Source: Candidatus Udaeobacter sp. (GTDB lineage Bacteria; Pseudomonadota; Alphaproteobacteria; Dongiales; Dongiaceae). From it: DNA of 64,000 nt. The position numbers were made by a program, and so were the translations under genes. The notes beneath the pieces were generated by a model that worked only from the letters and a program-made list of their open reading frames with translations, had not been told where the DNA came from and searched no databases. The stretch covers positions 3,080 to 67,079 of the forward strand of contig DATNJA010000240.1 of assembly GCA_035604155.1 (NCBI GenBank). Direction: 5' to 3'. Positions 31,608 through 43,204 of the stretch are shown in pieces. Every line of letters starts with the position of its first letter. Position 1 is the first letter of the stretch.

Positions 31608-32758
31608 GCCGACCCAGGACCGACAGCTGGCGGGTGACCTTTTCCGAGCTCGTCTCGCCCAGCGAGACGATCATCGAAGAGGCGCGCAACGGGCGCATGT
31701 TCATCCTCGTCGACGACGAGGATCGGGAGAACGAGGGCGACCTCGTGATCCCGGCTCAGATGGCGACGCCAGAGGCAATCAACTTCATGGCCAAGCATGG
31801 CCGCGGCCTCATTTGCCTCGCCATGACCGACGAGCGGGTGCGGGATCTCGGCTTGCCGCTGATGTCGCCCAGCAACGAATCCCGCTTGAGGACCGCCTTC
31901 ACCGTCTCCATCGAGGCCCGCGAAGGGGTGACGACAGGCATCTCGGCGCCCGATCGGGCGCGGACCATCGCGGTCGCCATCGATCCCAGCAAGGGCCGCA
32001 ATGACATCGTGAGCCCGGGCCACGTATTCCCCCTGGTGGCCCGCGAAGGCGGCGTGCTGGTGCGTACCGGCCACACCGAGGCCGCGGTCGATATCGCCCG
32101 TCTCGCCGGACTCAATCCGTCCGGTGTGATCTGCGAGATCATGAACGACGACGGCACGATGGCGAGGCGCGACGACCTGATCGCCTTCGCTCAGCGCCAC
32201 GCCCTCAAGATCGGCACGATCGCCGATCTCATCGCCTACCGGCGCCGGCATGACCGGATCGTGGAGCGGGCGTTGGAAGCCGATTTCGAAAGCCGCTGGG
32301 GCGGCCGCTTTCGCATGCATGTCTATGTCAATCGCGTGGCCTATGCCGAGCATATCGCGCTGGTCAAGGGCGACGTGACGACGCCCGGCCCGGTGCTGGT
32401 GCGCATGCATGCCCTCAACGTGCTCGACGACGTGCTGGCCGATGGCAGCACCGGCCGGGGCGGAGAACTCGCCGCCGCCATGCGCATGATCGCGGCGGAG
32501 GGCAGGGGCGTCGTGGTGCTGTTGCGCGAGGCGCTGCGCACCAGCCTATCGGACCGGGTGCGCGCCCGCGTCGCCGGCACGCCCCATGCCTCGGACCAGC
32601 TGCGCGACTACGGCGTGGGCGCCCAGATTCTGCTCGACCTCGGGGTTCGCGAGATGACGCTGCTCTCCAACACCCGGCGCACCATCGTCGGCCTCGAGGG
32701 CTATGGGCTCGTGCTGGCCGGCCGGCGGCCGATCCCCCATCCCGAGGAGGAGGCGTGA
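31604..32758 (+). CDS. ribB: 3,4-dihydroxy-2-butanone-4-phosphate synthase with degenerate GTP-cyclohydrolase-II-like C-terminal domain
   Basis: The DHBPS core is intact (VDDEDRENEGDLV, TGHTEAAVD). The C-terminal half aligns to RibA but lacks the Cys zinc triad (MHALNVLDDVL where RibA has HSECLTGD). Confidence 0.9.
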   Translation: MSRPRTDSWRVTFSELVSPSETIIEEARNGRMFILVDDEDRENEGDLVIPAQMATPEAINFMAKHGRGLICLAMTDERVRDLGLPLMSPSNESRLRTAFTVSIEAREGVTTGISAPDRARTIAVAIDPSKGRNDIVSPGHVFPLVAREGGVLVRTGHTEAAVDIARLAGLNPSGVICEIMNDDGTMARRDDLIAFAQRHALKIGTIADLIAYRRRHDRIVERALEADFESRWGGRFRMHVYVNRVAYAEHIALVKGDVTTPGPVLVRMHALNVLDDVLADGSTGRGGELAAAMRMIAAEGRGVVVLLREALRTSLSDRVRARVAGTPHASDQLRDYGVGAQILLDLGVREMTLLSNTRRTIVGLEGYGLVLAGRRPIPHPEEEA

Positions 32759-33219
32759 GCCAGGCGCCTCATGTCCTGATCGTCGAGGCCCGCTTCTATC
32801 CGGACATCGCCGACGAGCTGTTGAAGGGCGCCATGCAGGCGCTCGACGCAGCCGGCGCCGCCCATGAGCGCCTCTCGGTGCCCGGTGCCTTCGAGATTCC
32901 CGCCGCCATCGCCATGGCGCTGGAGGGCCAGCGGACCCAGCCTTCCGCCTCGGCCTTCGATGGATTCCTGGCGCTTGGCTGCGTCATCCGCGGCGAGACG
33001 ACTCACTACGACTATGTGTGCGGAGAAAGCGCCCGCGCCCTGATGGATCTTGCCTGCCGGGAGAAGATCGCGCTCGGCTACGGCATCTTGACCGTGGAGA
33101 ACGGCAAGCAGGCCTGGGCCAGGGCAGGGGTCGCGGACAAGAACAAGGGCGGCGATGCGGCGCGCGCCTGCCTCGCCATGATTGCCCTCAGGCGCCGCTT
33201 CGCGCTTCCGGCGCGCTGA
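32755..33219 (+). CDS. ribH: 6,7-dimethyl-8-ribityllumazine synthase
   Basis: 154 aa with VPGAFEIP and the G.T.HYDYV motif. Confidence 0.93.
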   Translation: MSQAPHVLIVEARFYPDIADELLKGAMQALDAAGAAHERLSVPGAFEIPAAIAMALEGQRTQPSASAFDGFLALGCVIRGETTHYDYVCGESARALMDLACREKIALGYGILTVENGKQAWARAGVADKNKGGDAARACLAMIALRRRFALPAR

Positions 33220-33716
33220 TGGCCAAGCGCGCCAGTGCCGGCTCATCGCGGAGTACCGCCAGGCTCGCCGCGATCCAGGCCCTCTATCAGATCGCGTTTT
33301 CCAGCGCCGACCCGGAACAGGTGATCGCCGAGTTCACCCTCCACCGCCTGAACGAAGGCGTCGATGGCGTGAGGTTGTTGAAGGCCGACCCGTTGCTCTT
33401 TGCCGACATCGTGCGCGGGGTGGTGCGCAGCCGCGCCGACCTCGACGATATGATCGCCGCGGTGCTGGTCGAGGACTGGACGATCGAAAGGCTCGAGACC
33501 CTGCTCGCCTGCATCCTCAGGGCCGGCGCCCACGAACTCGCTGACCGGGCGGACGTGCCGGCGCGGGTGGTGATCAGCGAATATGTCGACTTGGCCGACG
33601 CCTTCTACGGCGAGAAGGAGACCGGTCTGGTGAACGGCGTGCTCGATCGCCTGGCGCGCGAGCTCCGGCCGCTGGAGCTGGGCACGAAGCATGAGCCGGG
33701 CAAAGCGGCCGGGTGA
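33219..33716 (+). CDS. nusB: Transcription antitermination factor NusB
   Basis: Start at [24 protein letters not shown]; the ATG overlaps the ribH stop by 1 nt. The upstream part of the track ORF is an alternative frame of ribH. Confidence 0.92.
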   Translation: MAKRASAGSSRSTARLAAIQALYQIAFSSADPEQVIAEFTLHRLNEGVDGVRLLKADPLLFADIVRGVVRSRADLDDMIAAVLVEDWTIERLETLLACILRAGAHELADRADVPARVVISEYVDLADAFYGEKETGLVNGVLDRLARELRPLELGTKHEPGKAAG

Positions 33717-34662
33717 GTTCGAGCTGATCACCCGGTACTTCCGGCCGCTGGCGGCCGGAAAAGCCGGTGCCCTGGGGCTCGCCGACGATGCGGCGCTGAT
33801 CGACGTTCCCGACGGCCGGCGGCTGGTGGTGACCGCGGACTTGTTGACCGCCGGCGTGCATTTCCTGGACGATGACCCGCCCGATCTCATCGCCCGCAAG
33901 GCGCTCCGGGTCAATCTCTCGGACCTCGCCGCCATGGCCGCAAAGCCGTTCGCCTATTTTCTGACTTGCGCGTTCCCCGAGACTGTCGAGGAGGCGTGGA
34001 TCGCTGGTTTCGCCGCCGGCCTCGCCCGGGACCAGGAGGAATTCGACATCGCCCTCATGGGCGGCGACACGACGGCCACCCCTGGCCCGCTCACCCTTTC
34101 GATCACAGCGCTCGGCAGTGTCGAGACGGGCAGGGAGCTTCGTCGGTCGACCGCCAAGAAAGGCGATCTCATCGCGGTCAGCGGGACGATCGGCGACGCC
34201 GTGCTGGGTCTCGCCCGTCTGCAGGGTCGCCTCGAGCCGCTGCCGGGTGACGATTACCTCATCGATCGCTACCGGCTGCCGCAGCCCCGCATCTCGCTTG
34301 CCCTCGAGCTCGCGGCCCGCGGCCTGGCGACCGCAGCGCTCGACGTTTCCGATGGCCTGGTCGCCGACCTAGGCCATATCTGCGAGGCTTCCGGCCTGGC
34401 GGCGCGGATCGAGGCCGGCCGTCTCCCTCTTTCGCCTCCGGCCCGCAAGGCCGTGGAAAGGGAGCCCAAGCTTCTTGAAGCGTTGCTCACGGGAGGCGAC
34501 GACTACGAGCTGCTCTTCACGTTGCCCGCGGACCGGAAAGGCGAGCTCGCAGGCTTGCCGGTCACCGTCATCGGCTCAACGGAGGAGGGCGATGGGGTGA
34601 AGGTTGTCGATCCGGCCGGCAAAGCCATGGCCCTGAGGCGGGGCGGGTTCCAGCATTTCTGA
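33691..34662 (+). CDS. thiL: Thiamine-monophosphate kinase
   Basis: EFELI..YF, DDAALI, DLLTAGVHF and ALMGGDTT AIR-synthase-related motifs. Confidence 0.9.
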   Translation: MSRAKRPGEFELITRYFRPLAAGKAGALGLADDAALIDVPDGRRLVVTADLLTAGVHFLDDDPPDLIARKALRVNLSDLAAMAAKPFAYFLTCAFPETVEEAWIAGFAAGLARDQEEFDIALMGGDTTATPGPLTLSITALGSVETGRELRRSTAKKGDLIAVSGTIGDAVLGLARLQGRLEPLPGDDYLIDRYRLPQPRISLALELAARGLATAALDVSDGLVADLGHICEASGLAARIEAGRLPLSPPARKAVEREPKLLEALLTGGDDYELLFTLPADRKGELAGLPVTVIGSTEEGDGVKVVDPAGKAMALRRGGFQHF

Positions 34663-34716
34663 TCACGGCGGACCGGCGCCCTTGCCAGGCATTCCGCCAC
34701 GCTCCAAGGTGCGGGC

Positions 34717-35901
34717 ATGGTTCTGACTCCGGCCCGGCGCAACGTGATGGTTCTCGCCGTCTGCCAGGCGGTGGCGATGACCAGCATCTCGATGATGGCG
34801 ACGGTCTCGGCCCTGACAGGCCAGATGCTCGCCTCGGACAAGGCCTTGGCCACGCTCCCCATCGCCTTGCAGCAGCTGACGGTCATGCTGACGACCTTCC
34901 CGGCCTCCTACATCATGCGCCATTTCGGCCGGCGCGCCGGTTTCAGCCTAGGGGCACTGGTCGGAATGCTCGGCGGCTCCCTGCAGTGCTATGCCGTCTT
35001 CCGATACGATTTCGCGTTGTTCTGCCTCGGCAATGCGCTGGTCGGCGTGGCCAACGGCTTCGCGCTGTTCTTCCGCTTTGCCGCCACCGAGACCGCTGAC
35101 CTGGACTTCAAGAGCAAGGCCATCTCCCTCGTCATGGCCGGCGGCGTCATTGCGGCCTTGGCCGGCCCTCAGCTTGCCAAGTGGGCCCATGACTGGTTCC
35201 AGCCCGTGCAGTTCGCCGGCGCCTTCGTGGCCATCGCGCTGCTTCAGGCGCTCAACTGTCTGCTGGTCCAGTTCGTGCGCATCCCGCGGCCGAGCGCGGC
35301 GGAGCGCCGGATGCAGGGCCGGCCGCTCGGAATCATCATGCGCCAGCCGGTCTTCATCGTGGCCGCGCTCGGCGGCATGGTCGGCTATGGCAGCATGTCC
35401 CTGGTGATGACGGCGACGCCGCTCGCCATGGTCGGATGCGGCTTCGCCTTCGGCACCGCGGCCACCATCATCCAGTGGCACGTCCTGGGGATGTTCGTGC
35501 CTTCGTTCTTCACCGGCCATCTCATTGCACGCTTCGGCGCGCCGCGGATCATGCTGGCAGGAACCGCAGGTCTGATGGCCTGTGCCGCAATCAATCTCGC
35601 CGGCATCCAGCTCTGGAACTTCTGGGCCGCTTTGGTGCTGCTGGGGATCGGCTGGAACTTTCTCTATATCGGCGCCAGCAGCCTGCTGATCGAGGCCTAT
35701 CGGTCGGAGGAACGGGCAAAAACCCAGGCCCTCAACGACTTCCTGGTCTTCAGCCTGGTGACGACGGCCTCCTTCGCCTCGGGCGGTCTCAACCATCACT
35801 TCGGTTGGAGCGCGGTCAATCTGGGTGTCATCCTGCCGGTCTTGCTGGCGGCCGGCGCCCTCTTCTGGCTGCTTCAGCACCGGCGGACGGCACCCGCCTG
35901 A
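34717..35901 (+). CDS. MFS transporter
   Basis: 394 aa, about 12 TM, with an MFS loop motif ([11 protein letters not shown]). Confidence 0.85.
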   Translation: MVLTPARRNVMVLAVCQAVAMTSISMMATVSALTGQMLASDKALATLPIALQQLTVMLTTFPASYIMRHFGRRAGFSLGALVGMLGGSLQCYAVFRYDFALFCLGNALVGVANGFALFFRFAATETADLDFKSKAISLVMAGGVIAALAGPQLAKWAHDWFQPVQFAGAFVAIALLQALNCLLVQFVRIPRPSAAERRMQGRPLGIIMRQPVFIVAALGGMVGYGSMSLVMTATPLAMVGCGFAFGTAATIIQWHVLGMFVPSFFTGHLIARFGAPRIMLAGTAGLMACAAINLAGIQLWNFWAALVLLGIGWNFLYIGASSLLIEAYRSEERAKTQALNDFLVFSLVTTASFASGGLNHHFGWSAVNLGVILPVLLAAGALFWLLQHRRTAPA

Positions 35902-36034
35902 GGGCTCAGGGCGATGCCGGCCGGGGCCCAGCAGGCGGTTGCGTCGGCCGGTCGAATCCCTTATGTTCCGGCCGCTTTTCGAGGGCCCCCGCCATGGCGG
36001 TCGGGCCCGCATTTCCCTGGGATGGATGGACGGA

Positions 36035-38122
36035 ATGACCCTTCTTACGACGATCAGTTGGCTCGTGCTGGCCTGCGGCGTGCTTGCCCTCGTCTATGGC
36101 GCGGTTTCGGCGCGGGCGGTGTTGGCGGCGCCGACCGGGACCGACCGGATGCGCGAGATCGCAGCGGCGGTCCAGGAGGGGGCGAGGGCCTATCTCAATC
36201 GCCAATATTCCACCATCGCCATCGTGGGCGTGATCATCGGAGCCATCCTGGCCTTCACGCTGGGCGCCTATGTCGCCGTCGGCTTCCTCATCGGTGCGGT
36301 GCTGAGCGGCAGTGCCGGCTATCTAGGCATGAACGTGTCGGTGCGCGCCAATCTGCGCACGGCGGAGGCGGCCCGCCATGGTTTGTCGCCGGCACTCGCC
36401 ATCGCCTTCAAGGCGGGGGCGGTGACCGGTCTGCTCGTCGTCGGTCTCGGCCTGCTGGGGGTCACCAGTTACTACATGATCCTGCAGCATCTCGGCCTCG
36501 ACTCGCGCACGACCATCGAGGCGCTGGTGGCGCTCAGCTTCGGCGCCTCGCTCATCTCCATCTTCGCCCGGCTTGGCGGCGGCATCTTCACCAAGGGCGC
36601 CGATGTGGGTGCCGATCTCGTCGGCAAGATCGAGGCCGGCATTCCCGAGGACGACCCGCGCAACCCGGCGGTAATCGCCGACAACGTCGGCGACAATGTG
36701 GGCGATTGCGCTGGCATGGCTGCCGACCTGTTCGAGACCTATGCCGTCACCATTGTCGCCACCATGCTGCTGGCCCAGATCTTCGTCACCGGGGAAGCCC
36801 AGGCCACCATGATGCTGCTGCCGCTTGCGATCGCCGGGGTGTGCATAATCGGCTCCGTCGCCGGTACCTACTTCGTGCGGCTCGGCGCTTCGGGCAGCAT
36901 TATGGGCGCGCTCTACAAGGGCCTGTTCGCGACCGCCGCTGTCTCGGCCGTGCTGATCGCCGGCGTGATCGGCCTCATGACCGGCTACGGCACGCGCATG
37001 CAGATCGGGGAGGCGAGCGTCTCGGGGGTGGATCTCTTCCTTTGCGCCCTGGTCGGTCTCGCGGTCACCGGGCTCCTGGTCTGGATCACCGAGTACTATA
37101 CGTCCACCGCCTATCGGCCGGTGCGCAGCATCGCCAAGGCCTCGACCACCGGCCATGCCACCAACATCATCCAGGGCCTGGCCGTGTCCATGGAAGCCTG
37201 CTTCCTGCCGGTGCTCGTGATCTGTGCCGGGATCATCGCCGCCTTCATGCTGGCCGGCCTGTTCGGCATCGCCGTGGCGGCGACGACCATGCTGGCTCTG
37301 GCCGGCATGGTGGTGGCGCTCGATGCCTATGGTCCGGTGACGGACAATGCAGGCGGAATCGCCGAGATGGCGGATCTGCCCAAGGAGGTGCGCAAGACGA
37401 CCGACGCGCTGGACGCCGTGGGCAACACCACCAAGGCCGTGACCAAGGGCTACGCCATCGGTTCGGCCGGTCTCGCCGCCCTGGTGCTGTTCGCCGCCTA
37501 TACCCAGGATCTTCAGCACTATTTCCCAAACCTCGCGGTCGAGTTCCGGCTGCAGGATCCTTACGTGGTGATCGGCCTGTTCATCGGCGGGTCTCTGCCC
37601 TTCATGTTCGGTGCGCTTGGCATGATGGCGGTGGGTCGCGCGGCGGGGGCGGTGGTGGTCGAGGTGCGCCGGCAATTCAAGGAGATCGTCGGCATCATGG
37701 AAGGCAAGGCGAAGCCGGACTACAGCCGCGCCGTCGACATGCTGACCAAGGCCGCGATCAAGGAGATGATCCTGCCATCGCTCCTGCCGGTGCTGGCGCC
37801 GATCGTGGTCTATTTCGTCATCGACCTGATCGCCGGCCAGGCCAAGGCCTTCACCACGCTGGGCGCCATGTTGCTGGGCACCATCGTCACCGGGCTCTTC
37901 GTCGCCATCCAGATGACCTCGGGTGGCGGCGCCTGGGACAATGCCAAGAAGTACATCGAGGACGGGCATTTCGGCGGCAAGGGTTCCGACGCCCACAAGG
38001 CGGCGGTGACGGGCGATACGGTCGGTGACCCCTACAAGGACACGGCGGGGCCGGCGGTCAACCCGATGATCAAGATCATCAATATCGTCGCCCTGCTGCT
38101 GCTGGCCGTCCTCGCCCACTGA
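36035..38122 (+). CDS. hppA: Membrane H+-translocating pyrophosphatase
   Basis: [69 protein letters not shown]. Start at ATG 36035 or 36026. The track ORF's upstream 70 codons overlap the MFS gene end. Confidence 0.93.
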   Translation: MTLLTTISWLVLACGVLALVYGAVSARAVLAAPTGTDRMREIAAAVQEGARAYLNRQYSTIAIVGVIIGAILAFTLGAYVAVGFLIGAVLSGSAGYLGMNVSVRANLRTAEAARHGLSPALAIAFKAGAVTGLLVVGLGLLGVTSYYMILQHLGLDSRTTIEALVALSFGASLISIFARLGGGIFTKGADVGADLVGKIEAGIPEDDPRNPAVIADNVGDNVGDCAGMAADLFETYAVTIVATMLLAQIFVTGEAQATMMLLPLAIAGVCIIGSVAGTYFVRLGASGSIMGALYKGLFATAAVSAVLIAGVIGLMTGYGTRMQIGEASVSGVDLFLCALVGLAVTGLLVWITEYYTSTAYRPVRSIAKASTTGHATNIIQGLAVSMEACFLPVLVICAGIIAAFMLAGLFGIAVAATTMLALAGMVVALDAYGPVTDNAGGIAEMADLPKEVRKTTDALDAVGNTTKAVTKGYAIGSAGLAALVLFAAYTQDLQHYFPNLAVEFRLQDPYVVIGLFIGGSLPFMFGALGMMAVGRAAGAVVVEVRRQFKEIVGIMEGKAKPDYSRAVDMLTKAAIKEMILPSLLPVLAPIVVYFVIDLIAGQAKAFTTLGAMLLGTIVTGLFVAIQMTSGGGAWDNAKKYIEDGHFGGKGSDAHKAAVTGDTVGDPYKDTAGPAVNPMIKIINIVALLLLAVLAH

Positions 38123-38164
38123 GACGGGCAGCTTGCGGCTCCGAACCCCGGCAATGGGGCGACC

Positions 38165-38635
38165 TCAGTGAGGGCCGGGCCCGCCGAAGATGTTGCCGCT
38201 GCCGCCGAGCCCGCCGAAGCGCCCGATATTGCCCATGAGCTGCTGGAGGATGGTGAGCTCGCGCCCGGACGTCGGCGTCACGTTGGGGTTGGGCACGACC
38301 TGATGGGCATCCTCGATGCCGAGCAGCTTCATGTCGCTGACCGTCCCGGCGTCGTCGAACTTGATGATCAGCACTTCCTGGTCGAGCACCTCCGGGTCGA
38401 AGAAGGCGACGCGTTTCGTTTTTTTGCTGATGTAGTACCAGGTCTTGTCGTCGAACGTGGCCACGGTGGACGGCGAACCCAGAAGGTCGGTCACGCGCTC
38501 CCGGTTGTCGATGCCGGGCTGCACTTGAAGGACGACCTCGGGGTCGGGCAAATTGCCGCGCGTGTCGAACTGCGGCTCGCATGCCGCAAGGGCCGCGACG
38601 GTGACGCCGAGGGCCAGAAAATGGGCCGGTTTCAT
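38165..38635 (-). CDS. bamE: Outer-membrane assembly lipoprotein BamE (SmpA/OmlA)
   Basis: Lipobox LAAC in MKPAHFLALGVTVAALAAC. SmpA_OmlA core (G..PD......V.PG.D....V..LLGSPS) and a Gly-rich tail. Confidence 0.85.
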   Translation of the reverse strand: MKPAHFLALGVTVAALAACEPQFDTRGNLPDPEVVLQVQPGIDNRERVTDLLGSPSTVATFDDKTWYYISKKTKRVAFFDPEVLDQEVLIIKFDDAGTVSDMKLLGIEDAHQVVPNPNVTPTSGRELTILQQLMGNIGRFGGLGGSGNIFGGPGPH

Positions 38636-38730
38636 CGCCTCCCGCTTACGAGCGTCCCGTGTTGCCAAGGCTTACGCCCGCGGCCACTCTAATGGCACCG
38701 GCGTCACGGGCCTGTCAAGGAATCCGGAGC

Positions 38731-39294
38731 TTGACGTTGAACCGCTGGAACCCCTTTCGCCGCGACCCTGACGAAGTTGACGCAGCACCGCTCTATGCCG
38801 CCATCGTCGCCCAGGCGCGCCGCCCGGCTTTCTATGCCGTCTGCGGCGTGCCCGACAGTCTCGACGGGCGCTTCGAGCTGGTGGCGCTGCACGTCTACCT
38901 CGTCCTGCGCCGGTTGAAGGGCGGGGATCTGCCGGCCCAGGCGCTGGCCCAAGGCCTCGTCGACCTGTTCTTCGCCGATATGGATGCCAGTCTGCGCGAA
39001 ATGGGCGCGGGCGACCTGGGCGTGGGCAAGCGGGTGCAGAAAATGGCTGCCGCATTCTACGGCCGCGTAGCAGCCTATGACGGGGCAGTATCCAGGGACG
39101 CGGCTGGCGAGGCGCTGAAGCGCAATCTCTTCGGGACGGTCGAGGTAGGCGCCGAGCGGATCGCCGCCATGGCCGCCTATTTCGAACGGGCTGCGGCGCT
39201 GATCGCCGCGCACCCGCTGGCCGAGATCACTGCCGGCCGGCCGCGATTTCCGGATCCGCCGGATTCGGACACCGTTCGGGAGACGCCGGCATGA
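38731..39294 (+). CDS. Ubiquinol-cytochrome c chaperone (Cbp3-like) family protein
   Basis: LYAAIVAQARRPAFY...VPDSLDGRFELVALHVYLVLRRL...LVDLFFADMDASLREMG. Start uncertain; TTG 38731 follows AAGGA. Confidence 0.75.
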   Translation: MTLNRWNPFRRDPDEVDAAPLYAAIVAQARRPAFYAVCGVPDSLDGRFELVALHVYLVLRRLKGGDLPAQALAQGLVDLFFADMDASLREMGAGDLGVGKRVQKMAAAFYGRVAAYDGAVSRDAAGEALKRNLFGTVEVGAERIAAMAAYFERAAALIAAHPLAEITAGRPRFPDPPDSDTVRETPA

Positions 39295-39830
39295 GCGGGC
39301 GCCGATCGCGGGTCAATGAATTCAGCCGGCTGGTGAGCGTCGAGAGCATTGGTCCCAAGACGCAGGTTCGAAAGATCGAGGCAGGAGACGAAGAGCGCCG
39401 GGGCCTCGCCGAAAGGTTCGGCCTGGTCGCTCTTCACAGCCTGTCGGCGACATTGGAGCTTTCGCGCCCCGCCGGCGACATAGTGCGCGCCAGAGGGCAC
39501 CTGATAGCCGACGTGGTGCAGAGCTGCGTGGTTACGCTCGCGCCCGTGCCGGCACATATCGAAGCCGATTTCGCCTGTAGCTATGCCGGCGGGGGACGAT
39601 CGGAGGCGGAAGTGGACTTCGACCCCCTGGCCGAAGAAGAGATCGAAGCCCTGATCGGCGAGGAAATCGACATAGGCGAAACCGTCGCCCAGCAACTTGC
39701 CATCGCTCTCGATCCCTACCCACGGGCGCAGGGCGCCGCCTGGCCCGACCACGGCCGGCCGGAGGCGGCCGGCGCTGGGGAAAGCCGGGAGAGGCCCTTT
39801 GGCGGACTTGAAAAGCTGAAAAAGCCCTGA
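39291..39830 (+). CDS. yceD: YceD/DUF177 family protein
   Basis: 179 aa in the conserved position upstream of rpmF-plsX-fabH. Acidic C-terminal half typical of DUF177. Confidence 0.8.
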   Translation: MSGRRSRVNEFSRLVSVESIGPKTQVRKIEAGDEERRGLAERFGLVALHSLSATLELSRPAGDIVRARGHLIADVVQSCVVTLAPVPAHIEADFACSYAGGGRSEAEVDFDPLAEEEIEALIGEEIDIGETVAQQLAIALDPYPRAQGAAWPDHGRPEAAGAGESRERPFGGLEKLKKP

Positions 39831-39839
39831 CCCGCCCTC

Positions 39840-39848
39840 TGGTATAAT
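39840..39848 (+). promoter_or_regulatory. Candidate extended -10 promoter for rpmF-plsX-fabH
   Basis: TGgTATAAT (39840-39848) immediately after the yceD stop, about 130 nt upstream of rpmF. No good -35 element. Confidence 0.4.
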
Positions 39849-39976
39849 TGCCGGACGATGTGGTTGCCCGGGGAAGCGTTCTCGGCTAAACATCGGGCGC
39901 CTGTCGGTGCCCGGCGAGCCGGAATGCGCCGCTTGGAGCCGCGCCCAGATGGGCCTAGGTCGAGGATGAAGAAATC

Positions 39977-40159
39977 ATGGCTGTTCCGAAGAAGAAAGTG
40001 ACGAAGTCTCGTCGCGACATGCGGCGCTCGCATCACGCGCTCAAGTCGACCAAATCCATCGAGTGCCCGAATTGCGGGGAGTTGAAGCGCCCGCATCACA
40101 TGTGCCCGGCCTGCGGCCACTACGACGGCCGGGAGGTCGTGGCGCCGGACGCGGCCTGA
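39977..40159 (+). CDS. rpmF: 50S ribosomal protein L32
   Basis: [23 protein letters not shown]...[20 protein letters not shown]. Confidence 0.95.
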   Translation: MAVPKKKVTKSRRDMRRSHHALKSTKSIECPNCGELKRPHHMCPACGHYDGREVVAPDAA

Positions 40160-40199
40160 GCGCTGCGGCCCGGCTTGCACTCCGCTTAGGCCATTTCCC

Positions 40200-41249
40200 A
40201 TGACGGGCAGCCTGAACATCGCTCTCGATGCGATGGGCGGCGACAATGCGCCTGAGGTCGTCGTCAAGGGCGCCAACATCGCCCGGCAGCGGTTTCCCCA
40301 CATCCACTTCCTCTTCTTCGGCGACGAGGCGCGGGTGTCGCCGCTGATTGCCCGTTACAAGGCGCTCGCCAAGTCGAGCTCGCTGCATCACACCGACAAG
40401 CTGGTGGCGCCGGACGAAAAGCCGTCGACGGCGCTGCGCGCGGGCCGCAATACCAGCATGCGTCTGGCCATCGACGCGGTTCAGGCCAAGGAAGCGGCCG
40501 GCGTGGTTTCCGCCGGCAACACCGGTGCGCTGATGGCCATGTCGAAGTTCGTGTTCAAGACGCTGCCGGGAGTCGATCGGCCGGCGATCGCCTCCTTCTA
40601 TCCGACGCTGCGCGGCGAAAGCGTCATGCTCGATCTCGGGGCCAATCTGGTCTGCGATGCGGACAACCTCGTGCAGTTCGCGATCATGGGCAACGTCTTC
40701 GCGCGAACCGTGCTCGGCATCCACCGTCCGACGGTCGGCCTGCTCAATGTCGGCTCGGAGGAAATGAAGGGCCATGAGGCCGTGCGCGACGCCGCGGCGG
40801 TGCTGCGCGCCACCAGCATGCCGGGCGAGTTCCATGGCTTCGTCGAGGGCGACGATATCGCGCGCGGCACCGTGGACGTGATCGTGACCGACGGCTTCAC
40901 CGGCAATGTCGCGCTCAAGACTCTCGAGGGCACGACCAAGCTCTACGCTGAGTTCCTGCGCCGCAGCTTCAAGAGTTCGCTGGTGGCACGCGTCGGCTAT
41001 CTGCTCGCGCGCCCCGCCTTGAACGCGCTACGCGTGCGCACCGACCCGAGGCGCTACAACGGCGCCATATTCCTCGGCCTCAACGGCGTGGCGGTGAAGA
41101 GCCACGGCGGCACCGATGCGCTGGGTTTCGCCAACGCCATCGGCGTGGCGGTCGACATGATCACCCAGAATTCCCTCGACAAGATCCGCGACGACTTCGC
41201 CCGATTCCTTGCCGGCAATCCCACCAGCCCCCAGGTCGTCGGGCTCTAG
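40200..41249 (+). CDS. plsX: Phosphate acyltransferase PlsX
   Basis: [49 protein letters not shown]. Confidence 0.95.
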   Translation: MTGSLNIALDAMGGDNAPEVVVKGANIARQRFPHIHFLFFGDEARVSPLIARYKALAKSSSLHHTDKLVAPDEKPSTALRAGRNTSMRLAIDAVQAKEAAGVVSAGNTGALMAMSKFVFKTLPGVDRPAIASFYPTLRGESVMLDLGANLVCDADNLVQFAIMGNVFARTVLGIHRPTVGLLNVGSEEMKGHEAVRDAAAVLRATSMPGEFHGFVEGDDIARGTVDVIVTDGFTGNVALKTLEGTTKLYAEFLRRSFKSSLVARVGYLLARPALNALRVRTDPRRYNGAIFLGLNGVAVKSHGGTDALGFANAIGVAVDMITQNSLDKIRDDFARFLAGNPTSPQVVGL

Positions 41250-41250
41250 G

Positions 41251-42225
41251 ATGGTTCCCCGTTCCCTGGTCGTCGGCTGCGGCGCCTATCTGCCGCGCCG
41301 GATCGTGACCAACGCCGAGCTCGCCGAGCGGCTGGAAACCTCCGATTCCTGGATCGCCCAGCGCACCGGCATCCGCCAGCGCCACATCGCGGCTGAAGGC
41401 GAGACCACGGCCGACCTGGCGACGTCGGCGGCAAGCGAAGCCCTGCGGCGCGCCGGCATCGATGGCGCGGATGTGGATCTCCTGGTGCTGGGAACGACGA
41501 CGCCCGACCACACATTTCCGGCCACGGCGACCCAGGTCCAGGCCCGCATCGGCATGACCAAGGGTGCCGCCTTCGATATCCAGGCCGTGTGCAGCGGCTT
41601 CATCTACGCGCTGGCGACGGCGGACAATTTCATCAAGGCGGGCCAGTGCCGCACCGCGCTGGTGATCGGCGCCGAAACCTTCTCGCGCATCCTCGACTGG
41701 AACGACCGCGGCACCTGTGTTCTGTTCGGCGACGGGGCAGGCGCGGTGGTGTTGAAGGCGGGGAGCGGCGAGGGCGGGCTCGCTGACCGCGGCGTGCTCA
41801 CGACCCACATCTATTCCGATGGGCGCCACTACAAGCAGCTGTACGTCGACGGCGGGCCTTCGGCAACCCAGACCACGGGCCATGTTCGCATGGAGGGCCG
41901 CGAGGTCTTTCGCCACGCCGTCGTGCGGATGGGAGAAGCGGTGGACGCCGCCATGACCGCCATGGGTATCACTGGGCGCGAGCTCGATTGGCTGGTGCCC
42001 CACCAGGCCAATCGCCGGATCATCGACAGCATGGGCCATCGGCTCCATCTGCCGCCGGAAAAGGTGATCGTCACCGTGGATCGGCATGCCAATACGTCGG
42101 CCGCCTCCATCCCCCTGGCGCTGGCCGAAGCTGCCGGCGACGGGCGCATTCGCCCGGGCCAGCTGGTGCTGCTGGAAGCCATGGGAGGCGGATTTACCTG
42201 GGGGTCGGCCCTGATCCGCTGGTAA
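41251..42225 (+). CDS. fabH: 3-oxoacyl-ACP synthase III
   Basis: Start at [31 protein letters not shown], active-site [27 protein letters not shown]. Confidence 0.95.
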   Translation: MVPRSLVVGCGAYLPRRIVTNAELAERLETSDSWIAQRTGIRQRHIAAEGETTADLATSAASEALRRAGIDGADVDLLVLGTTTPDHTFPATATQVQARIGMTKGAAFDIQAVCSGFIYALATADNFIKAGQCRTALVIGAETFSRILDWNDRGTCVLFGDGAGAVVLKAGSGEGGLADRGVLTTHIYSDGRHYKQLYVDGGPSATQTTGHVRMEGREVFRHAVVRMGEAVDAAMTAMGITGRELDWLVPHQANRRIIDSMGHRLHLPPEKVIVTVDRHANTSAASIPLALAEAAGDGRIRPGQLVLLEAMGGGFTWGSALIRW

Positions 42226-42272
42226 GCTCGCCTGTCAATTAAGGGCTGAAACCGCCTCGCATCCCTCTGTAT

Positions 42273-42301
42273 TTGACTGTTTTGCGACTCGCAATTAGAG
42301 T
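42273..42301 (+). promoter_or_regulatory. Candidate sigma70-type promoter for ihfA
   Basis: TTGACT (42273-42278), 17-nt spacer, TAGAGT (42296-42301). Inverted repeat CGACTC/GAGTCG spans the spacer and the -10 element. Confidence 0.4.
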
Positions 42302-42330
42302 CGTTTGTGAACTCCTGGGAACCATCCCCA

Positions 42331-42630
42331 ATGCCCGACAGTACCATCACGCGCGCCCATCTCGCCGAGGCGGTCTATCAGGAGGTCGGCCTCTCGCGCA
42401 ATGAATCGGCCGAGCTGGTGGAGGCGGTGCTGAACGAGATGTCCGAGGCCCTGAAGCGGGGTGAAACGGTCAAAATATCGTCCTTCGGCAGCTTCTTCGT
42501 CCGCCTCAAGGGCCAGCGCATCGGCCGCAATCCCAAGACCGGGCAAGAGGTTCCCATCAAGCCCCGCCGGGTTCTTGTGTTCCGTGCCTCCCATGTGCTG
42601 AAGAGCCGCGTCAATGGTGCGGCATCTTGA
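42331..42630 (+). CDS. ihfA: Integration host factor alpha subunit
   Basis: Start at [31 protein letters not shown]-type arm ([28 protein letters not shown]). Confidence 0.93.
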   Translation: MPDSTITRAHLAEAVYQEVGLSRNESAELVEAVLNEMSEALKRGETVKISSFGSFFVRLKGQRIGRNPKTGQEVPIKPRRVLVFRASHVLKSRVNGAAS

Positions 42631-43094
42631 GCGCGCCGGTCCCGGTCAAGCGCCCAAAGCAGCAGGATCAGCCGGCCGAACTGCGGCCGGCGCAAGGCGC
42701 GCGCAAACTCGAAAAATCGGCAAGTGCATTTCGCACCATCAGCGAAGTAGCCGATGAACTTGAAGTGCCGCAGCATGTGCTGCGCTTCTGGGAGACCAAG
42801 TTTCCCCAGGTTCGGCCCCTGAAGCGGGGCGGCGGCCGGCGCTATTATCGGCCGGAGGATGTCGAGCTGCTGCGCCAGATCCGCAGCCTGCTCTATCACG
42901 AAGGCTATACCATCAAGGGCGTGCAGCGCCTGATGCGCGAGGGCTCGCTCAAGGAGCGGGTCGAATCCCTCGAAGGCGATACCGTCGATATCAGCCAGTT
43001 GAGCGAGGCGGACAAGCGCCGCCGGGAAATCACCCAGGCGATCGCCCAGCTGACCTCCTTGCGCGACCGGTTGCTCGCCCTGCTGGAGCCCTAA
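42627..43094 (+). CDS. MerR-family transcriptional regulator (conserved ihfA-linked type)
   Basis: [48 protein letters not shown]. 4-nt overlap with ihfA. Confidence 0.85.
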   Translation: MSAPVPVKRPKQQDQPAELRPAQGARKLEKSASAFRTISEVADELEVPQHVLRFWETKFPQVRPLKRGGGRRYYRPEDVELLRQIRSLLYHEGYTIKGVQRLMREGSLKERVESLEGDTVDISQLSEADKRRREITQAIAQLTSLRDRLLALLEP

Positions 43095-43204
43095 ACCGGC
43101 AAAGCCGCGATTGCCTGCCGGCTCGACGGCGGGTATATACGAATGGCGTCGGCGGAAGCGAGCCCCAGCCCCGAAACGCCGGCGCTGTCCTTAAGAGAAC
43201 CAGT

